Assembly (NCBI GenBank): GCA_973895155.1
Contig: OZ316892.1
Location: 28,606,307 to 28,670,306 of the forward strand
DNA from: Marsupella aquatica
Taxonomy: Eukaryota; Plantae; Marchantiophyta
DNA: 64,000 bases
Direction: 5' to 3'
The translations under genes and the position numbers were made by a program. Below are positions 48,520 to 60,323 of the stretch, piece by piece (position 1 is the stretch's first letter; each line of letters opens with the position of its first letter). The notes beneath the pieces were generated by a model. It was not told where the DNA came from. It searched no databases and saw only the letters and a program-made list of their open reading frames with translations.

Positions 48520-51500
48520 CACTAGTACATTTTCAGCATTTTTCCGATGCTCCGATATCGCGAGAGCTTAGCCGTCCGAAACTAAACAAATCGGAAATGC
48601 AGAATTGTCCGACTTCAATAGTAACGCAATTTGCCATTCTTTTTGAATCGCATGTTAAGTCCGACTTCAATAGTAACGCAATTTGCCATTCTTTTTGAAT
48701 CGCATGTTAACCTTCCGATGCAAATGTAAACGGTCCTTCCTTCCGTTAGTTTTAGAATCGGATGTCTTCCGATAATATTAGTAACGGAAATGTATCGGAC
48801 AAGTATCCGATAACTGTTAAGAGGGGTCCGATGCAGACTGAATTGGACAAGGTTTCGGAATTAAGATAAGATGTTTCTGACAATTATGCAATGTTCATTG
48901 TATCGGATATGGTGTGGAAAACGAATACTCATAACTTTATTAAGAAATCTGGTCCCTTCCATAGTAGAGGGAACATGAAATACAACAATGATATATATAA
49001 TGCCGGTAAAAATAAACATATGGAGGGGTCCTACGCAATTAATCCCAAGTTACACTAGCTAGCAAGGACCTCAAGGCTTGGGGTCCAAATCTTCAACTAC
49101 AACCACATTGGGTCGCTCCTGGATGATGGATTGTGATGTGGAATATAAGTCATGACAATGGACCACTCAGGATCATCGGGATACGGAAGATAGAAGGCCT
49201 GCTCAAGATGGTGGGGGAATGCAAATGGATCAGATGTTCTCCAAGTTGAGCTAATGACACTATTTGCACCTGTCTTCAACCGTGTGAATCCACAAGCATC
49301 CTCTTTGCAAGTTCGGTTATGGCCAACAAGGTTCATCCAAAACCATTTGCACTTCAACACCACCTCCTCCAAAGTGGTGTGTGCATGATAATGCACTGTC
49401 AATATCTCTTCAATCTTGCCATAGTGGGCCACTGTAGAGCGTATTGGATTCCTATCAGATGTGCTACTTTATGAATCTTGGGTGAACCAACCCATGACCC
49501 CACAATCCTGTGTAGCTGCCCTCTTATCATCAAGCCGTTGCACACAAAAATGCCTTCCCTTTGACCACATGGCGGTCCGAGTTGTCACCGTGAGTAATGG
49601 TCCATGAACCAAGGTGCAAAGGCTGTCTGTAACCAAAGGGAAGTCTGACACGCTCTCCCCTTGCTCCAACAAGGCATCAATCTTGGTCAACTTTACCCTC
49701 ATGTATGGGACAAACTTGGGGAAGATGCATGGCCGATGACTATTTGCCTTTTCCTCCTCATAAAAAGTTGTCCAATCTCCCGCAATCTCAGGCAAGTTAT
49801 ACAACATAAATGTAGTGACTTGAAGGCGCTCAGCTGAGCCCAAAAGTCGTTCTCCCTTTGCCCCTGTAAGACGGTCATCTTCAAAGTCTGCTTCCCTGGA
49901 TGCCTCATCTATTCACCCCCTTGGTGCACTGGGATCAAGTGTAGCTACAATGTTTGTACAATAAAACATGCTCTTTGCTCCAAGATGATACTCAACAATG
50001 CTACCTTCCACTCTCGCACGATTTGACACATATGACTTCATCACTCCCATAAACCGCTCTACCCAGTACATCCAACGACAATGTACCGGCCCTGCAATGC
50101 CAACCTCACGCACTAGGTGTAGGAGGAAGTGAACTTGGCCATCAAAGAATGAAGGAGGGAGTGCCCTCTCCAACTTGCACAATACCTCCACTCCAAACAG
50201 GTCCATAGCTGCAATCTCATCCTCATTCACCTCTTTTTGACACACCCACCTCAAGAGCTTACCTAATGACCACAGGGCATCACGAAGATCCTCACTACCC
50301 AATCCAATGATGGCCACTAGAATGACATGTTGTAGTAGACGATGGTAATCATGGGTCTTCAAGAAAGCTGGCCAATGTGGACAGTCTGGTCCCCCAAATG
50401 CCTTGCGCAGATTGACCCCGTAGCCCGTAGGAAACCTCATTGACCCTATACGATTGCGGAACTCAATCCGCTCGCCTCTGGTCAATACCCAAGGAGGGTG
50501 AATAGTAAGGGGGCCATTAGGGGGATCCATAGATGGCCAAAAACCATGAGGACCATGCATTCACATCTCCTCACAACTCTCTCTCCAGTTGTTGTCTTTC
50601 TCTCCGTATAGATGGCGAATCAATGACCTCCCAACGTTCCCCTCAATATGCATAGGGTCAAACAAATGGTTAATTGGCATCTCAGCCCAATATGGCAGCT
50701 TTGACATTAATGCAGACAAACGAGTCATGCCACACCGGGCCAATGGTAAGGGATCATCTGGGTCTGTCACTCTATCCCATACCTCCTTCCAATAGCGTGG
50801 ATCCCTTGGCACTAGTTGAGGGCATGTGTCTGGTTGGCCATCATCCATGTCATATAAGAATGGGTCACGCCTCCATTCATGCTCTGAGGGGAGATACTTT
50901 GTGTGACCAATGTAAACTATCTTCCATAGGGTGGTAGACTTAGGGCGTGCCACGCCCTCCAAATCAGGACCACAAGTTGGGCAGGCTCGGTATCCTGATG
51001 TTTGCAACCCAGATATCCAAACCCTACAACACACACAATCAATACATTAAAAAATAGCCAGGCAAACTTTTATATATAACATTATCCTATAGTGTATTAT
51101 CTACCATAAAAAACCATGCATAATATTGGGGAAGGTATATTTTAACATACCAGGAAGATCATGTATGGTCCACATAACGATGGCTTTTAATTTAAATTCA
51201 CGAGGTAAACCACCCGTCAGCACTCGACCATCGTAGCAATCAACTCCCCTCCATAGTTGTTGAAGCTCCTCCAACAATGGTTGCAAGTAAACATCAATCT
51301 TTTTACTTGCTTGGGGCCTGGGATAATCATTGAGAGTAGCAAATGACCTTTCTTCATGGCCATCCATGGAGGGATGTTGTAATTTGTAAGGACTACTGGC
51401 CAAACTGAGTATGGTTGGGCCTTCCCGGCCAATGCAAAGGGGCTGATCCCATCTGATGCCAAACCTAGTCGTACATGACGTGGGTCTGTCTTGAAGTCAC

Positions 51501-52320
51501 CCCGTCGGTCCTCCACAAACCTATTTGCAGGTGAGTCCACCATCATACGCATGGTTGGCCGATCTGAACTCATATCTGACCGGTTCTTGGAATGCCACAC
51601 CATATACTCAGCCAACTCTGCACATCGGTACTGGTGCCATAATCTGGGGATAAGAGGAAAATACCTCACGACCTTCTATGCTACTTTTCCAGTCAGCATG
51701 TCCTCTCGATACCTCGGTTGGTCACATGTAGGACATGTAGTGGCATCTTTGTGTTCCCCCCTGAATAGAACACAATCATTCACACAAGCATGCATGACTT
51801 CGTATTTGAGGCCTATGGATTTCAACACCTTTTTTGCCGCTTTCCATGAACTAGGCAAGCAGTTCCCTTCTGGCAAAATATGACTATGCAAGGTCCTCAA
51901 GAGATCATCAAGAAGGAGATTGCTTGCTCCATGTCTTTGCTGCAAGTTCAACAATAACATTATTCCTAAGAGCCGAGATAGTTGTGACCCCTCAAAAATT
52001 CGTGTTTGCGCATGGTCACGAGCTTCCTCCCATTGTCTAGAGGAAGAACTTTGTGAAGGATTGTCACCATGAGGACGTGCATTGGTGTCAAATGCATCAC
52101 CCATATCATGGTCACCATCCTCCACGTCATAGAACTGGTGCATAAGATCATCCATGGCCCTCTCCTCCTCAAGTCTATCTTCGGTGGCATTAGACACATG
52201 CTCAGGAGGGGCATCTTCATTCTCTGATGCTTGAGCCCTACGCCAATCACCCATGGCCTCAACAAGGTGTTGCCGCATTGCTCGTGATAATACCCCCATA
52301 TCTGGTTGAACATATGCATT
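48520..52320 (-). mobile_element. CACTA/EnSpm DNA transposon (3' terminus at 48520; the other end not found)
   Basis: CACTAGTACATTTT begins exactly where the Copia integrase frame breaks. Dense TCCGA/TCGGA subterminal repeats in both orientations at 48540-48910, including a 52-bp tandem pair at ~48607-48710, then a Tnp2-type transposase. Confidence 0.9.
49097..52299 (-). pseudogene. CACTA TnpD/Tnp2-type transposase (Transposase_21, DUF4218, DUF4216), decayed
   Basis: Motifs HACVNDCVLFR, CPTC, RYFPLIPRL, DPRHVRLGLASDG, YSVWPVVLTNYNIPPW, IDVYLQPLLEEL, WTIHDLPG, DPMHIEGN, KTHDYHRLLQ, PPSFFDGQVH, GPVHCRWMYWVERFM, YGKIEEI, KCKWF, DPFAFP. Probable short intron near 51020-51148; stops and frameshifts present. 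Confidence 0.93.
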
Positions 52321-52554
52321 CTAACATTTCACAAACATACATATTATATTAGAAGGGCCACAATGAGACAAGTGTTTAAAGGTATAGGCTTTTTGGTTTC
52401 CCCACAAAATTACAATTCTCTTTACACATTCTACTAGTATACTTTCAAACCTTGATCAAAGATTGACTTACACAATTAACCAATTTAGTTTGAAAACCTG
52501 TATCATGTATTTTATGTTAAACAAAAAGGTGGTATATATACATATATGTCTGCC

Positions 52555-52986
52555 CTACATGGGGCGAGAAAGCAATGCTGTCTTGGGCCTATCCCACTCA
52601 TAGTCACAAAACAACTCCTGGCCAACCCTAATGGTTGTAATGGCTACAGTCATGACATGATCATCCATATGTTTTACATAGTAAGGCTCTCTAGGTGGAC
52701 CAAATATCTGAATCCACACTACATTAGGCCTAAGTCCTCTCCCTCTACCACGAGTACTATTGATGTACCCAGCTATATTATCGGAGCAAATAGGGTCGCC
52801 ATCAATCATCCGAGAATGCCAAGGCCTTTGTATGATCTCATCTGGATCAGAATCCATTTGCAATGCATAGACACCCCACGATGGGTGTTGGCGCAATAGA
52901 ATGTTCCAACCTTTTGAAGTATACACAGGACCAATGTATGGAAATAGGTGCTCACCATCATAACCTCGGGGCCACGGCTTGGGCAT
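52555..52986 (-). CDS. SET-domain (lysine methyltransferase-like) ORF, transposon-associated
   Basis: 143-aa open frame with ordered SET motifs: GEHLFPYIGPVY (G..I.EY.G), YALQM...IDGD...NIAGYINS (IDA..GN.ARFINHS), RPNV, VAITTIRVGQELFCDY (A.RDI..GEEL.YDY). Confidence 0.8.
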   Translation of the reverse strand: MPKPWPRGYDGEHLFPYIGPVYTSKGWNILLRQHPSWGVYALQMDSDPDEIIQRPWHSRMIDGDPICSDNIAGYINSTRGRGRGLRPNVVWIQIFGPPREPYYVKHMDDHVMTVAITTIRVGQELFCDYEWDRPKTALLSRPM

Positions 52987-53182
52987 AGAGCCATTTAAAT
53001 GGTTTTGGTGGAAGACTTATTAAGTCTTCTATGGAAATATAGGGTTGTTTAATTGCAAAATGCATACGTGTCATCACATGATTGGTGCCGTACAACTTTC
53101 TAGAAAGTGACTTAGGGGGGTCATAAATGACCCAAACCATCGCACGCGATGCATGACCCTTCATATAGTGACCCCCCCGAGA

Positions 53183-53673
53183 TTGTGGCCCCAACTTCTT
53201 GTTCCTCTCATGGATCCAATCACAAAATGTCACTTGTGTAATTCAATCAACATCCTCCAACTGGAATTCCTCCTTCATGCATTTCTCAAAACACCGCCAT
53301 GTCTTGTCTTTTGATGCCTCATGCAAGAACTATAGCATCAACGATCCCTTTTAATTCTGGCTCCACCAATGTTGAAAATTGATAAATTACAACCTCTTCT
53401 GAAAGTTGCTCAATAGTAGCCTTTTGCCAATAGGTCTTCATGTAACGAGTTACATTACGACCATCAAATTGCCCATTCTTCTCAAGAACCTTCCTCAAGC
53501 ACTTTGTTGCACAATGTGCTTGCTCTTTCTTTTGATTTTCTACTGTATTGGTTTGTTTCATACTCTACATCAAAGTCAACAACATTCTAGACATGGTATC
53601 CATGTCCATAGTGTTGGGGGACATACTTGAGTCTCCCATGTCAGTATTGTTAGGCATCGCTATATACCAATTT
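53183..53673 (-). mobile_element. LTR-retrotransposon fragment: LTR end, PBS-like site and truncated Gag (Gypsy-like)
   Basis: Minus strand reads ...AAACA AAT TGGTATATAGC (resembles the tRNA-iMet PBS TGGTATCAGAGC), then ATG 53657 and Gag-like GQFDGRNVTRYMKTY...VEPELK...TWRCFEKCMKEEF.LED.D.IT..TFCDWI...LGPQ, with stops and one frameshift. Confidence 0.6.
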
Positions 53674-54904
53674 GTTTACTCTCTCACAATGAATAGGTGC
53701 TCACCACCTAGGTGTCCCTAGACCAATTGTCTAGTAAAGCAAGTTAGCCTCTTCTAGTAATGCAATACTTCTTTTTTTCTTCCAAAAATAGGCCCCAAGA
53801 GTTCCCCAGTATGGTCGCCACTTATGTCAAGGGAATTTTTAGTTCTTGGAAAGCACCAAGCTCTTGTTTTTTCTATCTTGAAAGAAACCTTTCCAAAGTA
53901 CGCCTTTTCTCACCTCACATTACCCTTGCAATCCTCTTTGTCGATTAATTTTCCTCATCATTATCCTCTAAAATATCTCTCATAGCCTTTGTCCCACTCT
54001 ACAATGAGCGGCTTCCTCACACTAAGCCTTGAATCGGCCTATCCTCTTTCCACATAACTTACTTCCCAAGTCAAGTCATGGATTGTAATTTCCAACAAAT
54101 CCTACAATTAGATAAGTCAATTATAGAAAACAAAGACTATGATCTTAAAATTTACCATAGATGATATAATAATAGGCTCTAGCATCCTAAGCATAACATT
54201 GTATCTTTCATCTCCATACTTTCTAACTAAAACATCTCTACAATCAACCTTATTATGACATACCACTCTAATGTCAATAGATGAAGAAAAATTAGGCATA
54301 TTATTTAGGAAGCCTATTCAAATCTAACTTCGGTACATTTACGGATTGTCTATTAAATCCATCTAATATAAAATAAATTGAGTTACATTCCATTCATTTC
54401 CAGAAGCAACAATCGGGTATACAAATGATGCATTGCTATTCATATCTGTTTCCATTAATTCAAACTCAAAATGATAAAGAACATACATTTTCATGGTATG
54501 CTTGCTAAGACAATGAATTCTAATTAAGAAATGATTGACAAATGGCACAGCAGGTGGGGGATGAACTCTAGGTATTCCATTTATCATATTATTCATTACA
54601 AACACACTAAATTGATCTCAAGATTAATAAACATAAACATAAAATAGTTCTAAGGCCAACAATCAAGTTAGTACCCAAGCATGGATATAAATAACAAACA
54701 AGACATGTGCACAAGAGGGGAAGAGTTCCTTACAGCGTTGCAAGTCCAACATGATAGATCAAACAATGCGAATGAGGAGAGTGTGCTCCTCTTCACTTTA
54801 TTTATAGTGTCCCTTTGTGCTTTCCAAGAGGGCATGGATCGATGCCTTGACCCTTGGATGGAAGCCAAGTGGCAAGCATTAAGCACCTATAAGTGTGCTA
54901 GTAC

Positions 54905-55106
54905 TATTCATAGTTGGTGAAACTACTGTGCGTAGTTGGTGAAATTATTACACGTAATTGGTGGAACTACTGTGCGTAGTTGGTGGTATCACTATGCGTA
55001 ATTTGTGGAACTACTATGCATAATTGGTGAAACTATTATACGTAACTGGCAAAATTACTATGCATAGTTGGTAAAACTACTATGAATAATTGATGAAACT
55101 ACTGTG
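54905..55106. repeat. 22-bp minisatellite, about 9 copies
   Basis: TAGTTGGTGAAACTACTGTGCG and variants in tandem. Confidence 0.9.
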
Positions 55107-55459
55107 TACCATTGTAAAATGTATACACTGCATATAAAATGTAACATATATGCTCTAATAGTACTACTATGAAACTTTTAAGTAAAACTCTTTTTACATA
55201 AACTGAAATAACACAATATGGATTCTAGCCTTCTAAACGGAATCCCCACGACAACCCCAAAATCCTAGCAAAAGTCCCGATAAAGGTTTTAGCAGGAGAT
55301 ATAGTCTCGCATATTAGAGGTAGAAAGGAAAATTAATTTCCAACAAAATTTTGGACCTTTGTTCATGACGCAAAAATAGAATGTCTAGCAAATGCATTAA
55401 GTTTGAGCAAAACTGATTTTGCAACTTTGTGCGATACATGTTACACAGATAGAAATGAG

Positions 55460-56420
55460 GTTGCTCACTGTTATCATATTACAGCACTCTTGAGTTTGAT
55501 CGTGCTTATTTATGCTATGAATTGCCAATAATAAAAAATTGTTATGAGTAGATATTATTTTGTTGATCAACATCCTCAGTATTGTCTCTTGGTGCATATC
55601 ACTATATTATATTATAGTACTTTTGAGTTTGATAGTGCTTGTTTATTCTATGAATTGCACTCAATGATAAAGGATATTATGATTAGATATCATTTTATCG
55701 ATCAACATTCTTAATGTTGTCTCTTGGTACATATCACTATTGTTATATTACAACACTCTTGTGTTTGATTGTGCTTGTTTATTTAATAAATTGCACTCAA
55801 TGGTAAATGATCATTACAATTAGATATCATTTTGTCCATCAACATCCCTAGTGTTGTCTTTTGGTGCATATCACTATTATTATATTGTAACACTCTTGAG
55901 TTTGATCTTGCTTGTTTATTCAATAAATTGCACTCACTGGTAAAAGATCATTATGGTTATATATCATTTTATCAATCAACATTCAGGTTAGTGTATCTCT
56001 TGGTGCATATCACTATTAAACTATATTACAACACTCTTGAGTTTGATCGTGCTTGTGTATTCTTTAAAATTGCACTTAATGATAAAAAATAATTATGATT
56101 AAATATCATTTTGTCGATCAACATCCTTAGTGTTGTCTCTTGGTGCATATCACTATTAATATATTACAACACTCTTGAGTTTGATTGTGATTGTTTATTT
56201 AATAAATTGCGCTCAATAATAAAGATATTATGATATCATTTTTTCCATCAACATTCTTAGTGTTATGTCTATGTGCATATCACTATTATTTTATTACAAA
56301 ACTCTTGAGTTTGATGTCATTGTTTATTCTATAAATTGTGCTTGGTACAAGGTATTGTGATTATATATCGTATCATTTTATCAACCAACATCTTTTAGTG
56401 TTATCTATGTGTGTGTATAT
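55460..56420. repeat. ~136-bp satellite-like tandem array, about 7 diverged copies
   Basis: CACTCTTGAGTTTGAT anchors at ~55484, 55618, 55755, 55891, 56032, 56170 and 56300, each followed by ...ATCAACAT...TGTCTCTTGGTGCATATCACTATT. Confidence 0.9.
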
Positions 56421-58783
56421 TTCTAAATTGAGGTTAGAGTTGTCACTGGAAAATGAGAGCTCAATGGTTTTACAATTGATTACAGTCAGCACACCCATGT
56501 TGATGAGACATGTAAATTTTGGCTTCTGAAAACTATGGAAAGCGTCTTTTAATTTTTATATGTTTGATGTCAAAGCCAGGTAAGAGTAAAGAAGTCATAG
56601 ATACAAGATTAAATTGTCATGAGTTTTTTTTCAAAGTCTTGGATGAAGGAACTGTATATAGAAGTAGTGAAGGACAACAAGTTTTACAACCATATAAAAC
56701 TCAATTTGGATGCAATCAAAGAAGGTGAGGGCGCATTTTGAGCTCACAGTTTCCACACTCAAATTGTGTGATTACACTTGCTGCCTAAATACACCAATGA
56801 GGACAGGAGCTGAGGGCTAAGGCGTCTGCTCTACCAAGTGCTCTACATTGAAGACCACAGATGCATGTAGAAAACAGTCAAAGATAAGATGTAGCACCCC
56901 CAACTTATAAAGCAAGGGGATAGAGTAATTAGTGTTAAAATACTAAATACTGTAGAATAACTAGTGTTAAGAGCCAAAGAGCCAAAAGCCTGAGTCTCCC
57001 CAACAAGAGTCCCCCTAAACAAAAAACTAAAACCCAAAAACCCTACTGAGTGGCAAACTAAAAAGTTGGGTGAAGCTCCAGGGTCAGCTGCATAGAAGTG
57101 TAACAAAGAGAAATATGACTAGAGGACCTAGAACCAGCAACCTTGGCCCTACAACAAAAAGTAAATACACTTAGGTTAGTATCACTCTGATAGAATAATT
57201 AGTGTTAAACACTAACAATGGTCAGCTAGTAACACTAACTATGGTAGAACAACTTACTGGCTAAACAAGTTTGGTTGTTGTGATGAGGGCCAAAAATGGC
57301 GAGAGAAGTTATTCTCAAAATGTATTCCGAGAAGTAATGTACATTGTATGTCATTTCACAAACAATAGTTCAAGAGAAAAAAGGGCTCTTAGTTCAGTCT
57401 TCTTTGACCAGAAACCTTTAGTCGTGAACTGGTTAGTTGTCAAAAACACCAACTACAAGAAACAGTGTACTGTTACTACACTGTATAGATTAATTACCTG
57501 GCTCCGGTTGATCCCCCCTTCCGCCATGGAGCCTGCGCCGCACCATAGTTAGTGTTATTAACAACTAACCAGCCAGCGGGCTCCACGAGAAGCAGCGCAG
57601 GGCAGGCGTCCGCTGCCTCCTTGGCCTTTGTACGAGGCATTAATCCACTCTCTTCCCCTTGTCTTCTTTTTGGTTTTCCCTCTCGTACAGGAATTTGCTT
57701 GGTGGGCACCCAATTGATAACATTTAACTCAACCAGACCCTACAAGTCAAAAAGTACTTGAAGTGACTCGAAAAGTAGGGTTTGAAGGGAGCACCTTATA
57801 GCCTCTGGGTGAGAGGGACTTAGGGAGAGGACTTGGGGAGGGACAAAGGTAATGTGGTGGAGGGTGAGGGCAGGGGAGAGAGAGAGGGAAATAGTGCCCA
57901 GGCTCTCCTGTCAAATTGGGGCCTCTCTCTCTTTTCCAAACATGGGGGTCTCTCTTTGGGAAATTGGGGATTTATTTTCCAAGGCATCGGGGCTGCAAGA
58001 ATGAGACTTAGACCTCAATTTGTTTGAGTAACATTGCTAGTTGCAGGGGAGGAAACGAGCTGTTAGTTCTAGGCACTAGCCTGACTACCCTTTCTTTTGA
58101 TCCTAAATGCAGGTGAGTACCAAAAAACCTGGCAAGAAAAACCATATTATTCACATTCACTTATCATTTGTCCCCACTCCCTACACCCCCAAAGTACTGT
58201 GACCCAGGCAAAGTTACAGTCTATAGGCTTCACTCTAGACCTAGGCCATAAAACTAGGGTTCTAGAGCAAATTAAAAGTAATATTGTCAGCAACTTGTTG
58301 TGACTTTGATTGGGATTGTGCTGTGATTGATTTGGAGCTCAATATCTTTGATTTTGGTAGGATTGATTAGGAAAAGATGAGTTGTTGGTTCTCTGCACCA
58401 TGAGCAACTCATTGGGGTAATTGAATGGGATCATGCTTGTGTGATCTATTTGATGCTGCCAGACATTGCATTTTGATTGGTAGGCAGGGGAGGAGAGGAG
58501 AGGGCCCCCCTTAAGTCTCTGTCACCAGGTGGGTACAGGGTTCTCCCCTTCCAAACTTAATTTTGGAATCCCACCACTAAGCAAATTTTGGTTTTTCGGG
58601 TCTGGTTGGATCAAATCTTACTAATAAATCTCAAAGAGAAGCTAGAGTTTGATTACTTGGTTATTAGAGTGAAGACTAGACCAAGATTGACATGGGTGGA
58701 AAGATGGATGGAATATTATGTATGTCAAAATAGTAATATGCATAATGTGATTTTTGTTATCATTTTTATTTGTCATCTTTTAA

Positions 58784-59542
58784 ACCACGCATCCGAGTAT
58801 AAGGGGCTCCGCGTAACGCGGAGTCCCCATACGAAGTGTATTCCATACAGCAAAAAGACGGGCTACGCAGCAACGCCTGCCCTCCACCGTCCGATCGACG
58901 CTCATAGCTGCGCCTACCCTCAGCCATAGGATGTGATCTATGGCTCAAATTGTAGGTCTTGTTGAGATCTACGTCTCCAAAAAATCTCACACAAAATGGT
59001 TTATTATTTCAGGAGAAATGATAGAAAAATGAATGGTGCGCTCTGATTGGCTAGATTCAAAATTTGAATTTCGGGGGGAATATTGATCTAAGCCGTCTGA
59101 TTGTTTTGCCTCCACAAATCTCATCCGTCTATCATATTGGTCAATCTATGGCTCAAAAGAAAGACCTCGAGGAGATCTATGGATGGGTTTTTTCCGTTTT
59201 GTAAATGGGTTTATATTTCTCAAATTAAAAATAAAACAAATCTAAGCGCTCCTGGCCGTCGATTCATTGATTTTGCAATCTCTGCCGTTCATTGTTTATT
59301 GCATCTTAAAATCTTGTCCGTCCACGTTAGAAGGCGATCTAGGGTGCAAAAGAGAGATCTCGATAAGATCTACAGTTGGGTGTTTTTAGTTTCGAAAATG
59401 AGTAAATAGTTTTTGCAATAAAATTTAATGAAGTTTGGAGTTGTGAACCATCTCTCCTGCCCCGATCCTAGATTTCCCTGCGCCGTGCCCAGCATTTATG
59501 GCCGTACAGTCCCTTGCTGCTTTAAATACCCCGATGCGTGGT
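58784..59542. mobile_element. Non-autonomous TIR element (759 bp) flanked by TTAA
   Basis: TTAA|ACCACGCATCCGAGTAT ... ATACCCCGATGCGTGGT|TTAA; internal repeated GATCTATGGCTCAAA/AGATCT motifs. Confidence 0.75.
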
Positions 59543-60191
59543 TTAAAGTCCGGATGGACTGCTAGGTTGTCCATGAAGCCCCTGGACAAGCCCCTGGACA
59601 AGCCCCCATAGACAAGCCAAACTTGGATGAACTGGACAAATACACATAGATATGCTAGGATGCTATTCTTACCCTATGTCCAAAACAACCTAGTATGATC
59701 ATCACTTCTATCCAAAAAGTATTTTGTCTTTTATTACATCATCATTTCTGTCCAAAGGATATAATGTTAGTGGCCACATCAGTCTATATTGCAAGTTTAG
59801 CTTTATTTAGGGGTTTTATTCTTTATGAGAGTCTATTTAGGGAGGTAAAAGTAAAGTACATTCAAGTGTTTGAGCACCTTGTCTAGCCTTATGGTCAATG
59901 ACACAACTGTGTGGACTAAGCACTTCACATTCTACTCATAGCACTTCAAATAATTTCTTCAGTTACCAAAAAACCAAAATGAACTAAATATTCTTAAAGA
60001 ATATTATTTTTATAATAGACCACAAAATTATATACTATTTTTCATAGAGTGTAGCTCGTGCGTTAAGGAGGATTTTGACTTATACTGTTGTTGCAAAGAT
60101 ACCTCAAAATTTAATTTAAGGGAATATTTTTGAGAAATCTTAGTTTTGAGAGAGCATTGCTCTTGTCACTAAGAGCACTTCAAGTAAATTT

Positions 60192-60323
60192 TCAACTGTG
60201 AAACTCTAAGAAATCATGTTTTCTCTTACAATAAGTCAACTGTGAAACTCTAAGAAATCATGTTTTCTCTTACAATAAGTCAACTGGGAAACTCTAAGAA
60301 ATCATGTTTTCTCTTACAATAAG
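60192..60323. repeat. 3 x 44-bp tandem repeat
   Basis: TCAACTGTGAAACTCTAAGAAATCATGTTTTCTCTTACAATAAG x3 (one substitution seen). Confidence 0.95.

Noticed and set aside
54905-56420. Regularly spaced repeats as a CRISPR-like array
   Set aside because: The units are contiguous diverged tandem copies with no unique spacers; the context is eukaryotic and there are no cas genes.
56950-56969. CTAGTG followed by TTA as the missing second CACTA terminus
   Set aside because: It matches the TTA TSD and 7 bp of TIR, but AGTGTTA motifs are common locally, there are no TCCGA subterminal repeats, and Copia integrase does not resume after it.
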